NCBI GenBank assembly: GCA_965200875.1
Contig: CBDAVH010000001.1
Location: forward strand, 1-43,099
Length of the DNA stretch: 43,099 nucleotides
Source: Bdellovibrionales bacterium
GTDB taxonomy: Bacteria > Bdellovibrionota > Bdellovibrionia > Bdellovibrionales > UBA1609
Reading direction: 5' to 3'
In this document: positions 17,306 through 25,788 of the stretch, in pieces
How the letters are laid out: every line of letters begins with the position of its first letter
Position numbering within the stretch: the stretch's first letter is position 1
The notes under the pieces: generated by a model
What the model saw: only the letters and a program-made list of their open reading frames with translations
What the model was told of the DNA's origin: nothing
Databases searched by the model: none
Program-made: the position numbers and the translations under genes

Positions 17306-18460
17306 TTAACCTGACATATTCACAAGATGCTGGAATCCCTTCATTATAGTTGCATCTCTTGCCTTACCAATCGGCAAAGGCCCATTCACTAACTTTTGTC
17401 CCTGCCCTAAAACATTACCGACTTCAGAGCCATGGGAGCCTATAGGAAGCTTAATGGTCTGGTTAGGATCTTCAAGGAAATCAGGAGTTCGCATGCTTGG
17501 AAATTGCATAAGCTGATTGTCCGGGTTTTGAGGAGTTTGCACCGGGGGAACTTGGCTCTGAGGTTGATTTTGCTGAAAAACCTGCTGAGTCTGCTGAGGA
17601 GTAGTCTTCTGAAGACCAGGAATTTTCAAAACCTCAAGGTCCCCTATGGGATTAGATTGCTGAGATAATACATCTTGCTGTTGAGGAGTTTTAACCTCTG
17701 CCCCCCCAGTAATACGGCCATGCAGAGATTTAAGCTGCATCTCAGCATTCTGGACAGCATTTTCCAGAGGTAAAGGATTGCCGGTGTTCCGGTAATGAAC
17801 TTCCATGTGCTTCATTATGTTTTCAACCGTTACATCATCCAACATCCTTGAAGTGAGCTGATATTTATTCTTATTTTCCTCCTTACTCAAGAATTCTCTG
17901 ATTTGATTCCCTAAGAGCTGCCTTTGTTGAACATTAGTCACAGAAAGTAAGCCCTCTTTTAAAGCTTTTAGCTCTTTTTCAAGCTTTGCTTCTCTTTCAG
18001 TGGCATAATCATCACCAGTATCAAATTGATTTTCCTCAGAGGCTTGCTCTTCAGCATTTTCCTGTTTTTTGCCAGTGGCAGCTGAAATAACAGCTTGTAA
18101 TTGCTCCGGGGTTTGGATTTTGTACTTTCCAAGCATGTCCAGAAATGCTTGTTTTTGCTGAACCAGGTTATTTGCAGCAAGAACTTTTTGCCTTGCCAAC
18201 TCAATGGCTTCCGGAGTGACTTGTTGGCTGATTTGTTGGTTTTGCTGCTGAGTTTGAGGTGGAATCTGTCCGGCTTGATTTTGAGGAACTTGCTGAAACT
18301 GAGGGTTAGTAAATGGCTGGACGGGGTGAAAACCTTGCTGTGCTTGAGGCTGGTTTTGAACTCCCTGGGGGGCCTGATTGGCCTGTAAAGCCCCGTTTGG
18401 GGTTGTGTTGGGATTTATACCCATGGCTGATAATATTTGCTGTTTCTGATTTTCATCCAT
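17306..18460 (-). CDS. Gln-rich scaffold protein
   Basis: Low-complexity Q/P ends with a helical acidic core, immediately upstream of the capsid gene. Confidence 0.7.
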   Translation of the reverse strand: MDENQKQQILSAMGINPNTTPNGALQANQAPQGVQNQPQAQQGFHPVQPFTNPQFQQVPQNQAGQIPPQTQQQNQQISQQVTPEAIELARQKVLAANNLVQQKQAFLDMLGKYKIQTPEQLQAVISAATGKKQENAEEQASEENQFDTGDDYATEREAKLEKELKALKEGLLSVTNVQQRQLLGNQIREFLSKEENKNKYQLTSRMLDDVTVENIMKHMEVHYRNTGNPLPLENAVQNAEMQLKSLHGRITGGAEVKTPQQQDVLSQQSNPIGDLEVLKIPGLQKTTPQQTQQVFQQNQPQSQVPPVQTPQNPDNQLMQFPSMRTPDFLEDPNQTIKLPIGSHGSEVGNVLGQGQKLVNGPLPIGKARDATIMKGFQHLVNMSG

Positions 18461-18518
18461 AAAAACCTCCTGATTAAGAGTATCTGAGCTTTTATTATTC
18501 AGTGTGTCAAGTTTTTTT

Positions 18519-19136
18519 TTACTTATCCTTCAGATAATCAGGAAGGCCAGTCTTCTCAGGCTTGGGTTCCTTACCAGCCTTCTTTTGCTCCTCCCACAAA
18601 TCTTTGAAGTCCCTGGCTCTGTCCGGGTTCCTTTCCTTAAAGAATTTGTAAAGACTTTTCCAGTCTTCCCGCTCCTGCCAGTCGGCTATAACCCGCTCCT
18701 CAATCTCTCTCAGTCGCTGATTAAAGCCCACGGGCTTAGGTATGCCAAAAGCCTCAAAGATGCTGGGAATGGGCTGTTTATGCGAAATAATCTGCCTCTC
18801 ACGGGTCTTTTCCAGGTAAAGCTGCTTTTCATCATCCTTCAGCCCCTTGATCCATAGCAGGGTCTCAAAATCACTTTCCATTCCCTTCTTAAGCTTCCTA
18901 AAGCTAGTCTGAAACAAATCAATAGCCTTCATTTGCTTCTCTATACCCGTTAGCTGGTCAAGTGGAGCAAGAGAGGATAAATCCACAGAAATAGACTCTT
19001 GCATCTTCTCTTTCAGGGCATTCAAAGCATCAGCACTTACCTTCTGGTAAAAATTCATGCTATCTGCTGATAATGGTTTAGTATTCCTGAGGTTATATCC
19101 TGTCATAGGTGTATTTTTGCTAAGTTTTGACCCCAT
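18519..19136 (-). CDS. Hypothetical helical protein (terminase small subunit candidate by position only)
   Basis: 205 aa, leaderless-type start, adjacent to the 10-bp repeat array; function not recognised. Confidence 0.6.
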   Translation of the reverse strand: MGSKLSKNTPMTGYNLRNTKPLSADSMNFYQKVSADALNALKEKMQESISVDLSSLAPLDQLTGIEKQMKAIDLFQTSFRKLKKGMESDFETLLWIKGLKDDEKQLYLEKTRERQIISHKQPIPSIFEAFGIPKPVGFNQRLREIEERVIADWQEREDWKSLYKFFKERNPDRARDFKDLWEEQKKAGKEPKPEKTGLPDYLKDK

Positions 19137-19180
19137 GTGTTAATAATAGAGCCATTTTTGAAGGGTTTTGCAACATAAAT

Positions 19181-19230
19181 TTTCAGTAGATTTCAGTATA
19201 TTTCAGAATATTTAAGAATATTTAAGAATA
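19181..19230. repeat. Five tandem 10-bp repeats
   Basis: TTTCAGTAGA TTTCAGTATA TTTCAGAATA TTTAAGAATA TTTAAGAATA. Confidence 0.95.
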
Positions 19231-19259
19231 ACGCACTGCTTTTTTTTTTAATTTAATAC

Positions 19260-19287
19260 TGGACAAAAGTATTGAGTATGATATTGT
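19260..19287 (+). promoter_or_regulatory. Sigma70-type promoter of the recombination operon
   Basis: TGGACA-16-TATTGT with extended TG and an upstream T-rich UP-like tract; predicted TSS about 19294. Confidence 0.6.
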
Positions 19288-19323
19288 GGGTTTATCTTAC
19301 AACAACAACAAGGAGGAAAAAGC

Positions 19324-19512
19324 ATGGAAATTATAAGAGAAGAGACGTCCAAGACGGGGGTTTTTTGCAGGCGTTGTGAAACCCGTATGGTGATACGGGA
19401 CAATTTTGAGGAGCGTTTATGCAGGTTTTGTGAGAAGATGGAGGATTCGGAGCATGATTTATGGATGGAGCTTAGTGAGACACCTGTGGATCAGCCCGGT
19501 CCGAGTGAGTAA
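19324..19512 (+). CDS. Small acidic Zn-ribbon protein
   Basis: AAGGAGG RBS; CRRC...CRFC. Confidence 0.8.
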   Translation: MEIIREETSKTGVFCRRCETRMVIRDNFEERLCRFCEKMEDSEHDLWMELSETPVDQPGPSE

Positions 19513-19640
19513 GATTAACCAAAAAAAAGGAGGGAATTATGAACATTCAAGGACACAATAAGGAGTTAAAAAAGAAAACTTTTGAGCATGTCAGAGCATG
19601 ACAGAAGCATTGAAATTTGCGGTTATTCAGATATTGATTA

Positions 19641-19706
19641 GCTGAAACAGGGGCTTTTTAGCCCTTGTCTTCCGGTGTTGGCCGGCCGGGACTGATGAGG
19701 TGGCCA
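19641..19706 (+). ncRNA. Type II hammerhead ribozyme HH1
   Basis: GAAA 19644-47; stem III ACAGGGGC/GCCCTTGT; GTC cleavage after C19669; stem I TTCCGG/CCGGGA; CTGATGA 19692-98; stem II GGT/GCT; pseudoknot of loop TGGCC with GGCCA. Confidence 0.88.
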
Positions 19707-19731
19707 GAAACTTTAACTGTAGGAGGTAAAA

Positions 19732-20301
19732 ATGTTTTCAAAAGCAAAAGAAATTGGGGAAAAGGCAGAGGGTAAGGTTAAGGCAGAGGGTAAGGTTGTG
19801 GAAGGGTCAGGGGGTAAGAGTTTGGGTAAGAAAAAGAGGTCTTTGTATGCGGCTCTTGCGAGGGCCAGCATCAAGATTCAGAAGAAATGTGTGACGGATT
19901 CAACAGCTTCAATACAAGGCAGGAGTGGGGGTTTCACTTATAAATACCTCTCTCTTGTTAAGCTATTGGGCTTAGCCAGGCAGCATTTAAATGATGAGGG
20001 TTTAAGCTTCCTTCAGTACCTGGATTTCGGGGGTATAGTCACAAAAATACTGGATCCGGAGACGGGGGAGTGTATTGAATCAAAGCATATGCTTCCCACG
20101 TATATGGAAGTAAAGACTCAGTCTCGTAGTCTTTCTCAGGACATGGGAGGGGCTATTACCTATTTTAGGAGATATGCCCTGGCGACTATGCTGGGGGTAC
20201 AGCCGGAGGATGACCGGGATGGGGCTTCTTATGATCAGAGGCCACATAATCCTGCAAGTGGCAGCTCTCATAAAGCAAAAGGAGGAATGCCTAACTTTTA
20301 A
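19732..20301 (+). CDS. erf: ERF-family single-strand annealing protein
   Basis: YKYLSL and QDMGGAITYFRRYALATMLGVQPEDDRDG ERF signature; AGGAGGT RBS. Confidence 0.95.
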   Translation: MFSKAKEIGEKAEGKVKAEGKVVEGSGGKSLGKKKRSLYAALARASIKIQKKCVTDSTASIQGRSGGFTYKYLSLVKLLGLARQHLNDEGLSFLQYLDFGGIVTKILDPETGECIESKHMLPTYMEVKTQSRSLSQDMGGAITYFRRYALATMLGVQPEDDRDGASYDQRPHNPASGSSHKAKGGMPNF

Positions 20302-20322
20302 TTAAATCAGAGGTTGAACAGC

Positions 20323-20433
20323 ACCGAAACGCCCCTGCTTCTAATAGCCTTCCTTGTTAGTTGTAAGAGATTATCAAAAGGTCAGCAGGGGTGTCTGCCT
20401 GGGGTGGTAACCAGGTACTGATGAGGTAGCCAT
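20323..20433 (+). ncRNA. Type II hammerhead ribozyme HH2 with extended stem III loop
   Basis: ACC-GAAA 20323-29; stem III ACGCCCCTGCT/AGCAGGGGTGT; GTC cleavage after C20395; stem I TGCCTGG/CCAGGTA; CTGATGA 20418-24; stem II GGT/ACC; loop GTGGT can pair with GCCAT. Confidence 0.92.
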
Positions 20434-20456
20434 AAACAAACAAGAGGGGGGTTAAG

Positions 20457-21023
20457 ATGATTTTAAAAAGAAGAACAACCGGGCGTGCAGAGTCCGATGC
20501 CGGGGAGGAGTTTGATTTCTTTTATATTATTGAAACCTACCAGGAAGAAAAAGATCCTTTATGGTGGGACAGATTTAAAAGTATTATAAAAGACTCTTTT
20601 ATGCTTAATGATGCATATACAAAAGAATTTGAAATTATGGGATTTTCCGGATATTTATTACCGGATGACGGAAAAAATTCCTTTAAGGAATATCTTACAT
20701 TAAAAGATGGTTTAATTCTTATCTATCTGCTTAAAGAAGCAGTAAGAATAAAAATAAAAATGTTTCAAGGTTTATTGGATAACAATACTTTGGCATGGAA
20801 ACCAGAGCCAGAAAATGTAATTAAAGAATATGAGGAAGCCCGTAACAAACATAAGGGTTCTATGGAATTTTTAAACAATCTTGAAAACATTATCCACAGT
20901 GTGAAGTTTTATTATGAAAAAAATGTCAATGCTTTTAAGTCAAATCCTTTTGTGCCAATTGTGCCAAAAGATAAAATACATTTTCTAAAAAACATAGAAG
21001 TATTAAACCATAAAAAAATTTAA
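20457..21023 (+). CDS. Hypothetical protein
   Basis: 188 aa, GAGGGGGG RBS just after HH2. Confidence 0.8.
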   Translation: MILKRRTTGRAESDAGEEFDFFYIIETYQEEKDPLWWDRFKSIIKDSFMLNDAYTKEFEIMGFSGYLLPDDGKNSFKEYLTLKDGLILIYLLKEAVRIKIKMFQGLLDNNTLAWKPEPENVIKEYEEARNKHKGSMEFLNNLENIIHSVKFYYEKNVNAFKSNPFVPIVPKDKIHFLKNIEVLNHKKI

Positions 21024-21037
21024 AAAGGAGGAAAAAA

Positions 21038-22024
21038 ATGACTGAAAAAACGGACAAAACAATACATAACTTAAGCTTGTTAAAGCCGGTGGATACAAAA
21101 ATAACCAATATTGAGGAGAAAGAATGTGTATCAGCCAGCAAGCTGAAAACACTTTTTAATTATGGAGTATGGGGATTTTTAAAATCCTATGTTCTTGGTG
21201 AAAGAGTGAAAGTAAAACCAGCCATGCAAAAGGGATCACAAAGCCATGAGGTATTTTACAAAATACTCTCAATCCTCAAAAGCTATAACAAAAATGGTAG
21301 TCTCATCTCACAAGATATAATTACCAAGGTACTTGGCTTGGAATTTGAAAAAAACTTTATTCAAAAACCAAAAGGTCTGAGAAAAACAGTTGATAAAGAG
21401 GCTTTTGAAAAAGAAGCCAAAGGGAAAATTATTTTAACAGAGGAGCTTTTGGAAACATACAATAGCTCAGTATTATTCTTATCTTCCATATCTTTAAAAG
21501 ATTTGGAGCTTTTGATTTACTCAGATATTGAGAAAAAACTTATAACCTCCGGGGTGGGTGTGAAGTTTTTAGGTATCTATGATTTGTTAAACTTCAATGA
21601 AAATCATGGTTTTGATATAAAGACTTCGTCTGTCAGCGGAGACCCCAAAAACTCTGCCCTTAAATACAAGGGGCAGGATTATTTCATACAAGAGATGCTT
21701 TACAGGATGATTTATAAGCAGGTTACTGGGAAAGATCTTGAGGATTTTAGATTTATAATGATTGAAACTTCTTTCCCTTTTAAGGTTTATTTTATGGAGC
21801 TTGATTTTCCCCTGGCGGCTCCGGAGTATTCTCAGTTTATGGAAAAACTGATAAATAATTATTCTTTTATACTGAACAAGTTAAAGGAATTTACCAATGA
21901 TCCCTTTAATGTTTTCTGTAAAAGAGACAGGAATGAGGGAGTGGATTTAATAAAAAAGACAAGATTATTGGAGGAAAGTATGGGTAAAACCTTTAAGGTT
22001 AAGCCCTTTATGAAGTGGATTTAA
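21038..22024 (+). CDS. PD-(D/E)xK exonuclease (RecE/ExoVIII-like)
   Basis: SASKLK, AMQKGSQSHE, GIYDLL, FDIKTS, YFIQEMLY, FRFIMIE motifs; in the same operon as ERF. Confidence 0.88.
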   Translation: MTEKTDKTIHNLSLLKPVDTKITNIEEKECVSASKLKTLFNYGVWGFLKSYVLGERVKVKPAMQKGSQSHEVFYKILSILKSYNKNGSLISQDIITKVLGLEFEKNFIQKPKGLRKTVDKEAFEKEAKGKIILTEELLETYNSSVLFLSSISLKDLELLIYSDIEKKLITSGVGVKFLGIYDLLNFNENHGFDIKTSSVSGDPKNSALKYKGQDYFIQEMLYRMIYKQVTGKDLEDFRFIMIETSFPFKVYFMELDFPLAAPEYSQFMEKLINNYSFILNKLKEFTNDPFNVFCKRDRNEGVDLIKKTRLLEESMGKTFKVKPFMKWI

Positions 22025-23421
22025 TATATTCCTTCCCTTCTTTGCATCTCTCTTGTTTCCTCTATAACCTTTTGCAAATCTTTTTCAGCCTCAGTCCTCG
22101 TGTCCCGGGGACTGGGGTACTGATTTATTACCCACCGCACAGCATACAGGCAGGCATCCAGTAAGTCTGAATGGATGCTGTTGTCTTCGTCAATCCCTGT
22201 GTAAAGATCGTTAAAAAATATTCGGTCCATTTCCTGGAGTAACAGGCTGTCTTTTTTAAACAGGAGTCTTCCCCGGTAAGCTTCAGTCCTCATTTCCAGA
22301 AGGTGAGCCATTTTGTCAGTCTTTTTGGCAGCAATAATTCCATGAATGCCGTGCCTGTTCCTTATGATATTTGCCAGCCTCTTTCCATGGCCTCCATAAT
22401 CAAAGGCTATGGGATGAGGCTCACTTCCTTTGTTATACTCCTCTCTCACACTTTTTATCTTGGCAGCCAGGTCTTCAGTATCAGCATCCACACTGCTTAA
22501 CTCCACCTCATAATCCACATAAGCGGTCCTGTGATGATTGGAGTAACAAATAACCACAATGGCATCCTTTGCCATACCTCCCCCAGTATCCACACCAATC
22601 ACCTTCTCATATTTGGATACATCTTCCGGTAGTTTTTCATAAGTTTTTATCTTTGAGGTTTGAAATACCAGGGAGCTGGTATCATAAGCAAACTCCCCGA
22701 ACATATCCCTCCTGAAGCCAGGATCATTTTCATAAGCCTCCTGGATGCTTTTATAGCCCCGTCTCTTGGCCATTTTTAACAAGTAGTCTTTTATTTCCCT
22801 GGATGTATATGCGGGGTTCTCATGGATTGTTAATTTTATTCTTTCAATCTCTTTATTATTTAAATTTTCCTCAATGTAGGGAATTTTTACAGGAGGTGGG
22901 TTATAGATAAGATTTATGGAGGCATATTTAACACCGATTGAAGTTGGCTCTATTACATTATTTAGATAATGCCTTGTTACGATTTCTCTTACAGTATGGA
23001 CTTCGTCAAAAAACACTGCAAGAACAGGGAAACCATAATCAAGGTTTGCACTGGGTATATCTCTTAATCCCCGGAAATGAATTTCACAGTATCTTCCTGC
23101 ACGGATCATATTCTTACCACTGTAAAAATCAAATCCAAGATTAAATTTTTGATTAATTCCAAGAAAAAGTCGCCAGTACAGGCTCTTTGTCTTCTCTATG
23201 GTGGCAGAGGCAAATACAATTCTTTTCATAAATGTTTGTTCATATGACTTACTTATTAGATACAAAGCCTTACAAACATTGGCAAAAGTTTTGCCAGCCC
23301 GCCTGCTTCCATAAGCAGTATTCCATAACGCATTTTCTGTTATATAATTATACTGTTTTGGATGAGAACCGTAAAAACCCTTAATATATGAAAGTACAGG
23401 TGTTAAATTTTGTTTTTCCAT
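22021..23421 (-). CDS. terL: Terminase large subunit
   Basis: Walker A SRRAGKT, Walker B VFFDE, RNase H nuclease IGVDTGG...D and C-terminal DLLDACLYA. Confidence 0.95.
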   Translation of the reverse strand: MEKQNLTPVLSYIKGFYGSHPKQYNYITENALWNTAYGSRRAGKTFANVCKALYLISKSYEQTFMKRIVFASATIEKTKSLYWRLFLGINQKFNLGFDFYSGKNMIRAGRYCEIHFRGLRDIPSANLDYGFPVLAVFFDEVHTVREIVTRHYLNNVIEPTSIGVKYASINLIYNPPPVKIPYIEENLNNKEIERIKLTIHENPAYTSREIKDYLLKMAKRRGYKSIQEAYENDPGFRRDMFGEFAYDTSSLVFQTSKIKTYEKLPEDVSKYEKVIGVDTGGGMAKDAIVVICYSNHHRTAYVDYEVELSSVDADTEDLAAKIKSVREEYNKGSEPHPIAFDYGGHGKRLANIIRNRHGIHGIIAAKKTDKMAHLLEMRTEAYRGRLLFKKDSLLLQEMDRIFFNDLYTGIDEDNSIHSDLLDACLYAVRWVINQYPSPRDTRTEAEKDLQKVIEETREMQRREGIY

Positions 23422-23819
23422 TTAAAAGATTTCTCAGGAAATATTTTTTTTATGGATTCTGAAGCAAAGAATTTCCTGGCCTGTATGCTCATGTATTTTA
23501 TTGTGTAAGGATTTTCTTTTAAAAAAATATTTTTATATTTCTCAAACAACCTTTTCATATATCCCTGTCTTTGGGATTGCAAGGGAGTAAAAAACCATAT
23601 TATATCCTTGTTAATATCATCATAGATGATATAACTGGTTACATATTGATCATAATGATCAAAAACATATTTAAAATTTTTTATAAATCCTTTGTTTTCC
23701 TCCTCAAAAACTTTTCTTTCCATGTAAGAGAAAGAATTAAAGTACAGTCCTCTTAAGGCTGATTTTTCCATATATCTTTCAAAATGTTCTTTGTTCTCTG
23801 GATACATCTTTATTTCCAT
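23403..23819 (-). CDS. GNAT-like acetyltransferase
   Basis: IIWFFT..QSQRQGYMKRL resembles the acetyl-CoA binding motif A. Confidence 0.6.
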   Translation of the reverse strand: MEIKMYPENKEHFERYMEKSALRGLYFNSFSYMERKVFEEENKGFIKNFKYVFDHYDQYVTSYIIYDDINKDIIWFFTPLQSQRQGYMKRLFEKYKNIFLKENPYTIKYMSIQARKFFASESIKKIFPEKSFKWKNKI

Positions 23820-25591
23820 TAAGAAGGTCCAAAAGCATATTGATCAGCATTGGCTGTAAGCTCTCCTCCCTGTGGTTCCTGGCCTCCCTGGGGACCAGTG
23901 GGTGGCATACTTCCCTGTAAGCTAATCTTGAGTTTTTGATAAACTCCTTCCAAGAACTCAATAAATTTATCCATAATTTGAATTTTTTTATCATCATCAT
24001 CTTCCTGAATAAGAGAGCAATATATCAATCTGCTTCTTTCCAGGTAATTTCCCACACCCAGGACTTTTTTAAAATCCGGAGTTTTCCCCATAGAAAGAGC
24101 TTTATTTATAAGAAGATCAATGGTTTTTGGTATGGATACAGAGGAATCTATGAATGCTTGTGTGTCCTTGCTGTCAATTAAGGATAAGGCTTGTGATTTT
24201 GTTACCAAGTTGGAATTATAAAGCTCAGAGGACAAAGAAAGCTGACCTGCCGGGGTTTCTGGCAAAAGATTACTTACCCATATAGTAATATTGCTCATAA
24301 GTTCTTCCATGGTTTTCTTGTCTATCCCTGTAAATTGCTCAGTCTTTCCCTGTTTTTTCATTGTTTTTATTATTCTTTTTGCACATCTGATATAAAGGTT
24401 TTCATAATTTTCTCTTATGAATTCAAATCTTTCAATATCAATTTGTTGATAACTTCTGAGTGCGGCTCCACTGGCATTCTGAAGCCCGGGAGGAATTTGA
24501 CCATGAGACATAAGCCTATTCACTCCAACAATCTCAAAAGTTTTTTCCCACAGGCTATGTAAAAAATCAAAATACTGGTCACTCATAATGGGTGGAGTGA
24601 TATATTGAGGGGGACCAGAACCTTCCTTCTCAAAATTAAATTCCAGGAGCTGAGCCACCTGGTTTGTCAGCATTTTTACGATTGATCCATGAGAGCTGTT
24701 TTTACCCACAATAATTGTGGGGATCGCAAATCTTCTTATACTCTTTGCGATCTTATCTAACATGTAAGTAATATATTCCTGAATATGGAATATTTTTTCG
24801 CACACTCCCACTCCAAGCACTCCCTGAACACCTGGAATAAAATTAAGCAGTTCGTAAGGAACATCATAGTGCCAGTCAGAATAATCCAGGATTAACTCAT
24901 CTGTAAAAATACATTTTTTCTTTTCTTTGTAATAGATTTCATAAACTCTTATTTTCTTTTCTTCCTGGTATTTCTTTTTTATCTGTAATTCTTTTTGAGG
25001 ATACATCTCAATAATTTTCCAACGATCATAACTGTCCCAATCTCCTGCTTCTTTAAGACGGCATTCCCCTGTCCCAGAATCTGAACAAAAAAACCTGTTG
25101 TAATACAGCCTTTTAAATTTTAATTTATCAATAAAGAATTTCAGGATTCCCAATCCTGTAATACAGGAATCCCGGGATGTCATGGAACCTTCCTGGTAAA
25201 TTTTTATTTTTTTAAAAAGTTTTAAAAAGTATCTGTCCAGTTTTCCAGCAGCTGATTTATATTTTGCAGAAGCTCCTTTCGTTAAGAAGCTTACTTTTGG
25301 TTTATTTTTTACGAGCTTGGAATGAGCTGTTTCCACATTCGCCTGAAGGGCATTAAAGGTGAATAAAGGATTTAGAGGATGATCTGTGGCACCTGGACTT
25401 TCTTCAATATGCATTGTTTTTAAATTTTTACTATATGATTTTTTTCTTTGTAAATACCTCTCATAAGTGGCATTATACCTGTAAAAAGTTTCCATTTCCA
25501 GAATCAGATCCTGTACTCTCTTTTTTACCTCAGAGAGACGGGTTTGTTCGGTCTTATCCATACCCATTGCTGTTTTATCCATGAACCACAT
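23819..25591 (-). CDS. Portal protein
   Basis: 590 aa; N..QANVET..SKL, DSCITGLGILK, LGVGVCEKI..IQ and SGAALR motifs of P22/podovirus-type portals. Confidence 0.88.
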   Translation of the reverse strand: MWFMDKTAMGMDKTEQTRLSEVKKRVQDLILEMETFYRYNATYERYLQRKKSYSKNLKTMHIEESPGATDHPLNPLFTFNALQANVETAHSKLVKNKPKVSFLTKGASAKYKSAAGKLDRYFLKLFKKIKIYQEGSMTSRDSCITGLGILKFFIDKLKFKRLYYNRFFCSDSGTGECRLKEAGDWDSYDRWKIIEMYPQKELQIKKKYQEEKKIRVYEIYYKEKKKCIFTDELILDYSDWHYDVPYELLNFIPGVQGVLGVGVCEKIFHIQEYITYMLDKIAKSIRRFAIPTIIVGKNSSHGSIVKMLTNQVAQLLEFNFEKEGSGPPQYITPPIMSDQYFDFLHSLWEKTFEIVGVNRLMSHGQIPPGLQNASGAALRSYQQIDIERFEFIRENYENLYIRCAKRIIKTMKKQGKTEQFTGIDKKTMEELMSNITIWVSNLLPETPAGQLSLSSELYNSNLVTKSQALSLIDSKDTQAFIDSSVSIPKTIDLLINKALSMGKTPDFKKVLGVGNYLERSRLIYCSLIQEDDDDKKIQIMDKFIEFLEGVYQKLKISLQGSMPPTGPQGGQEPQGGELTANADQYAFGPS

Positions 25592-25788
25592 TATGAAGGT
25601 ACCCCTTTCTTTAACTCCAGTTCTCTCGCTAATCTGTCCTGTTCAATCTTCCATGAAAATCTGGTGATTTTTATTTCTGTACCATTATTGTTATACTCTA
25701 TGCTTTCCAGGTTATTGGAAACCACCAGGTCGCATAAATCCTTTATAAGTTTTTCTTTAGCCATAAAGTCTTCCCTGCACTTTTTCAA
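25591..25788 (-). CDS. Small hypothetical protein upstream of portal
   Basis: TAATG coupling to the portal gene; probable start MAKEK at 25764. Confidence 0.7.
   Translation of the reverse strand: MKKCREDFMAKEKLIKDLCDLVVSNNLESIEYNNNGTEIKITRFSWKIEQDRLARELELKKGVPS

Noticed and set aside
17432..18857. Plus-strand ORFs of 78-117 aa opposite the scaffold and 205-aa genes
   Set aside because: Leu-rich antisense shadows without RBS.
19181..19230. CRISPR array
   Set aside because: Contiguous 10-bp units without spacers.
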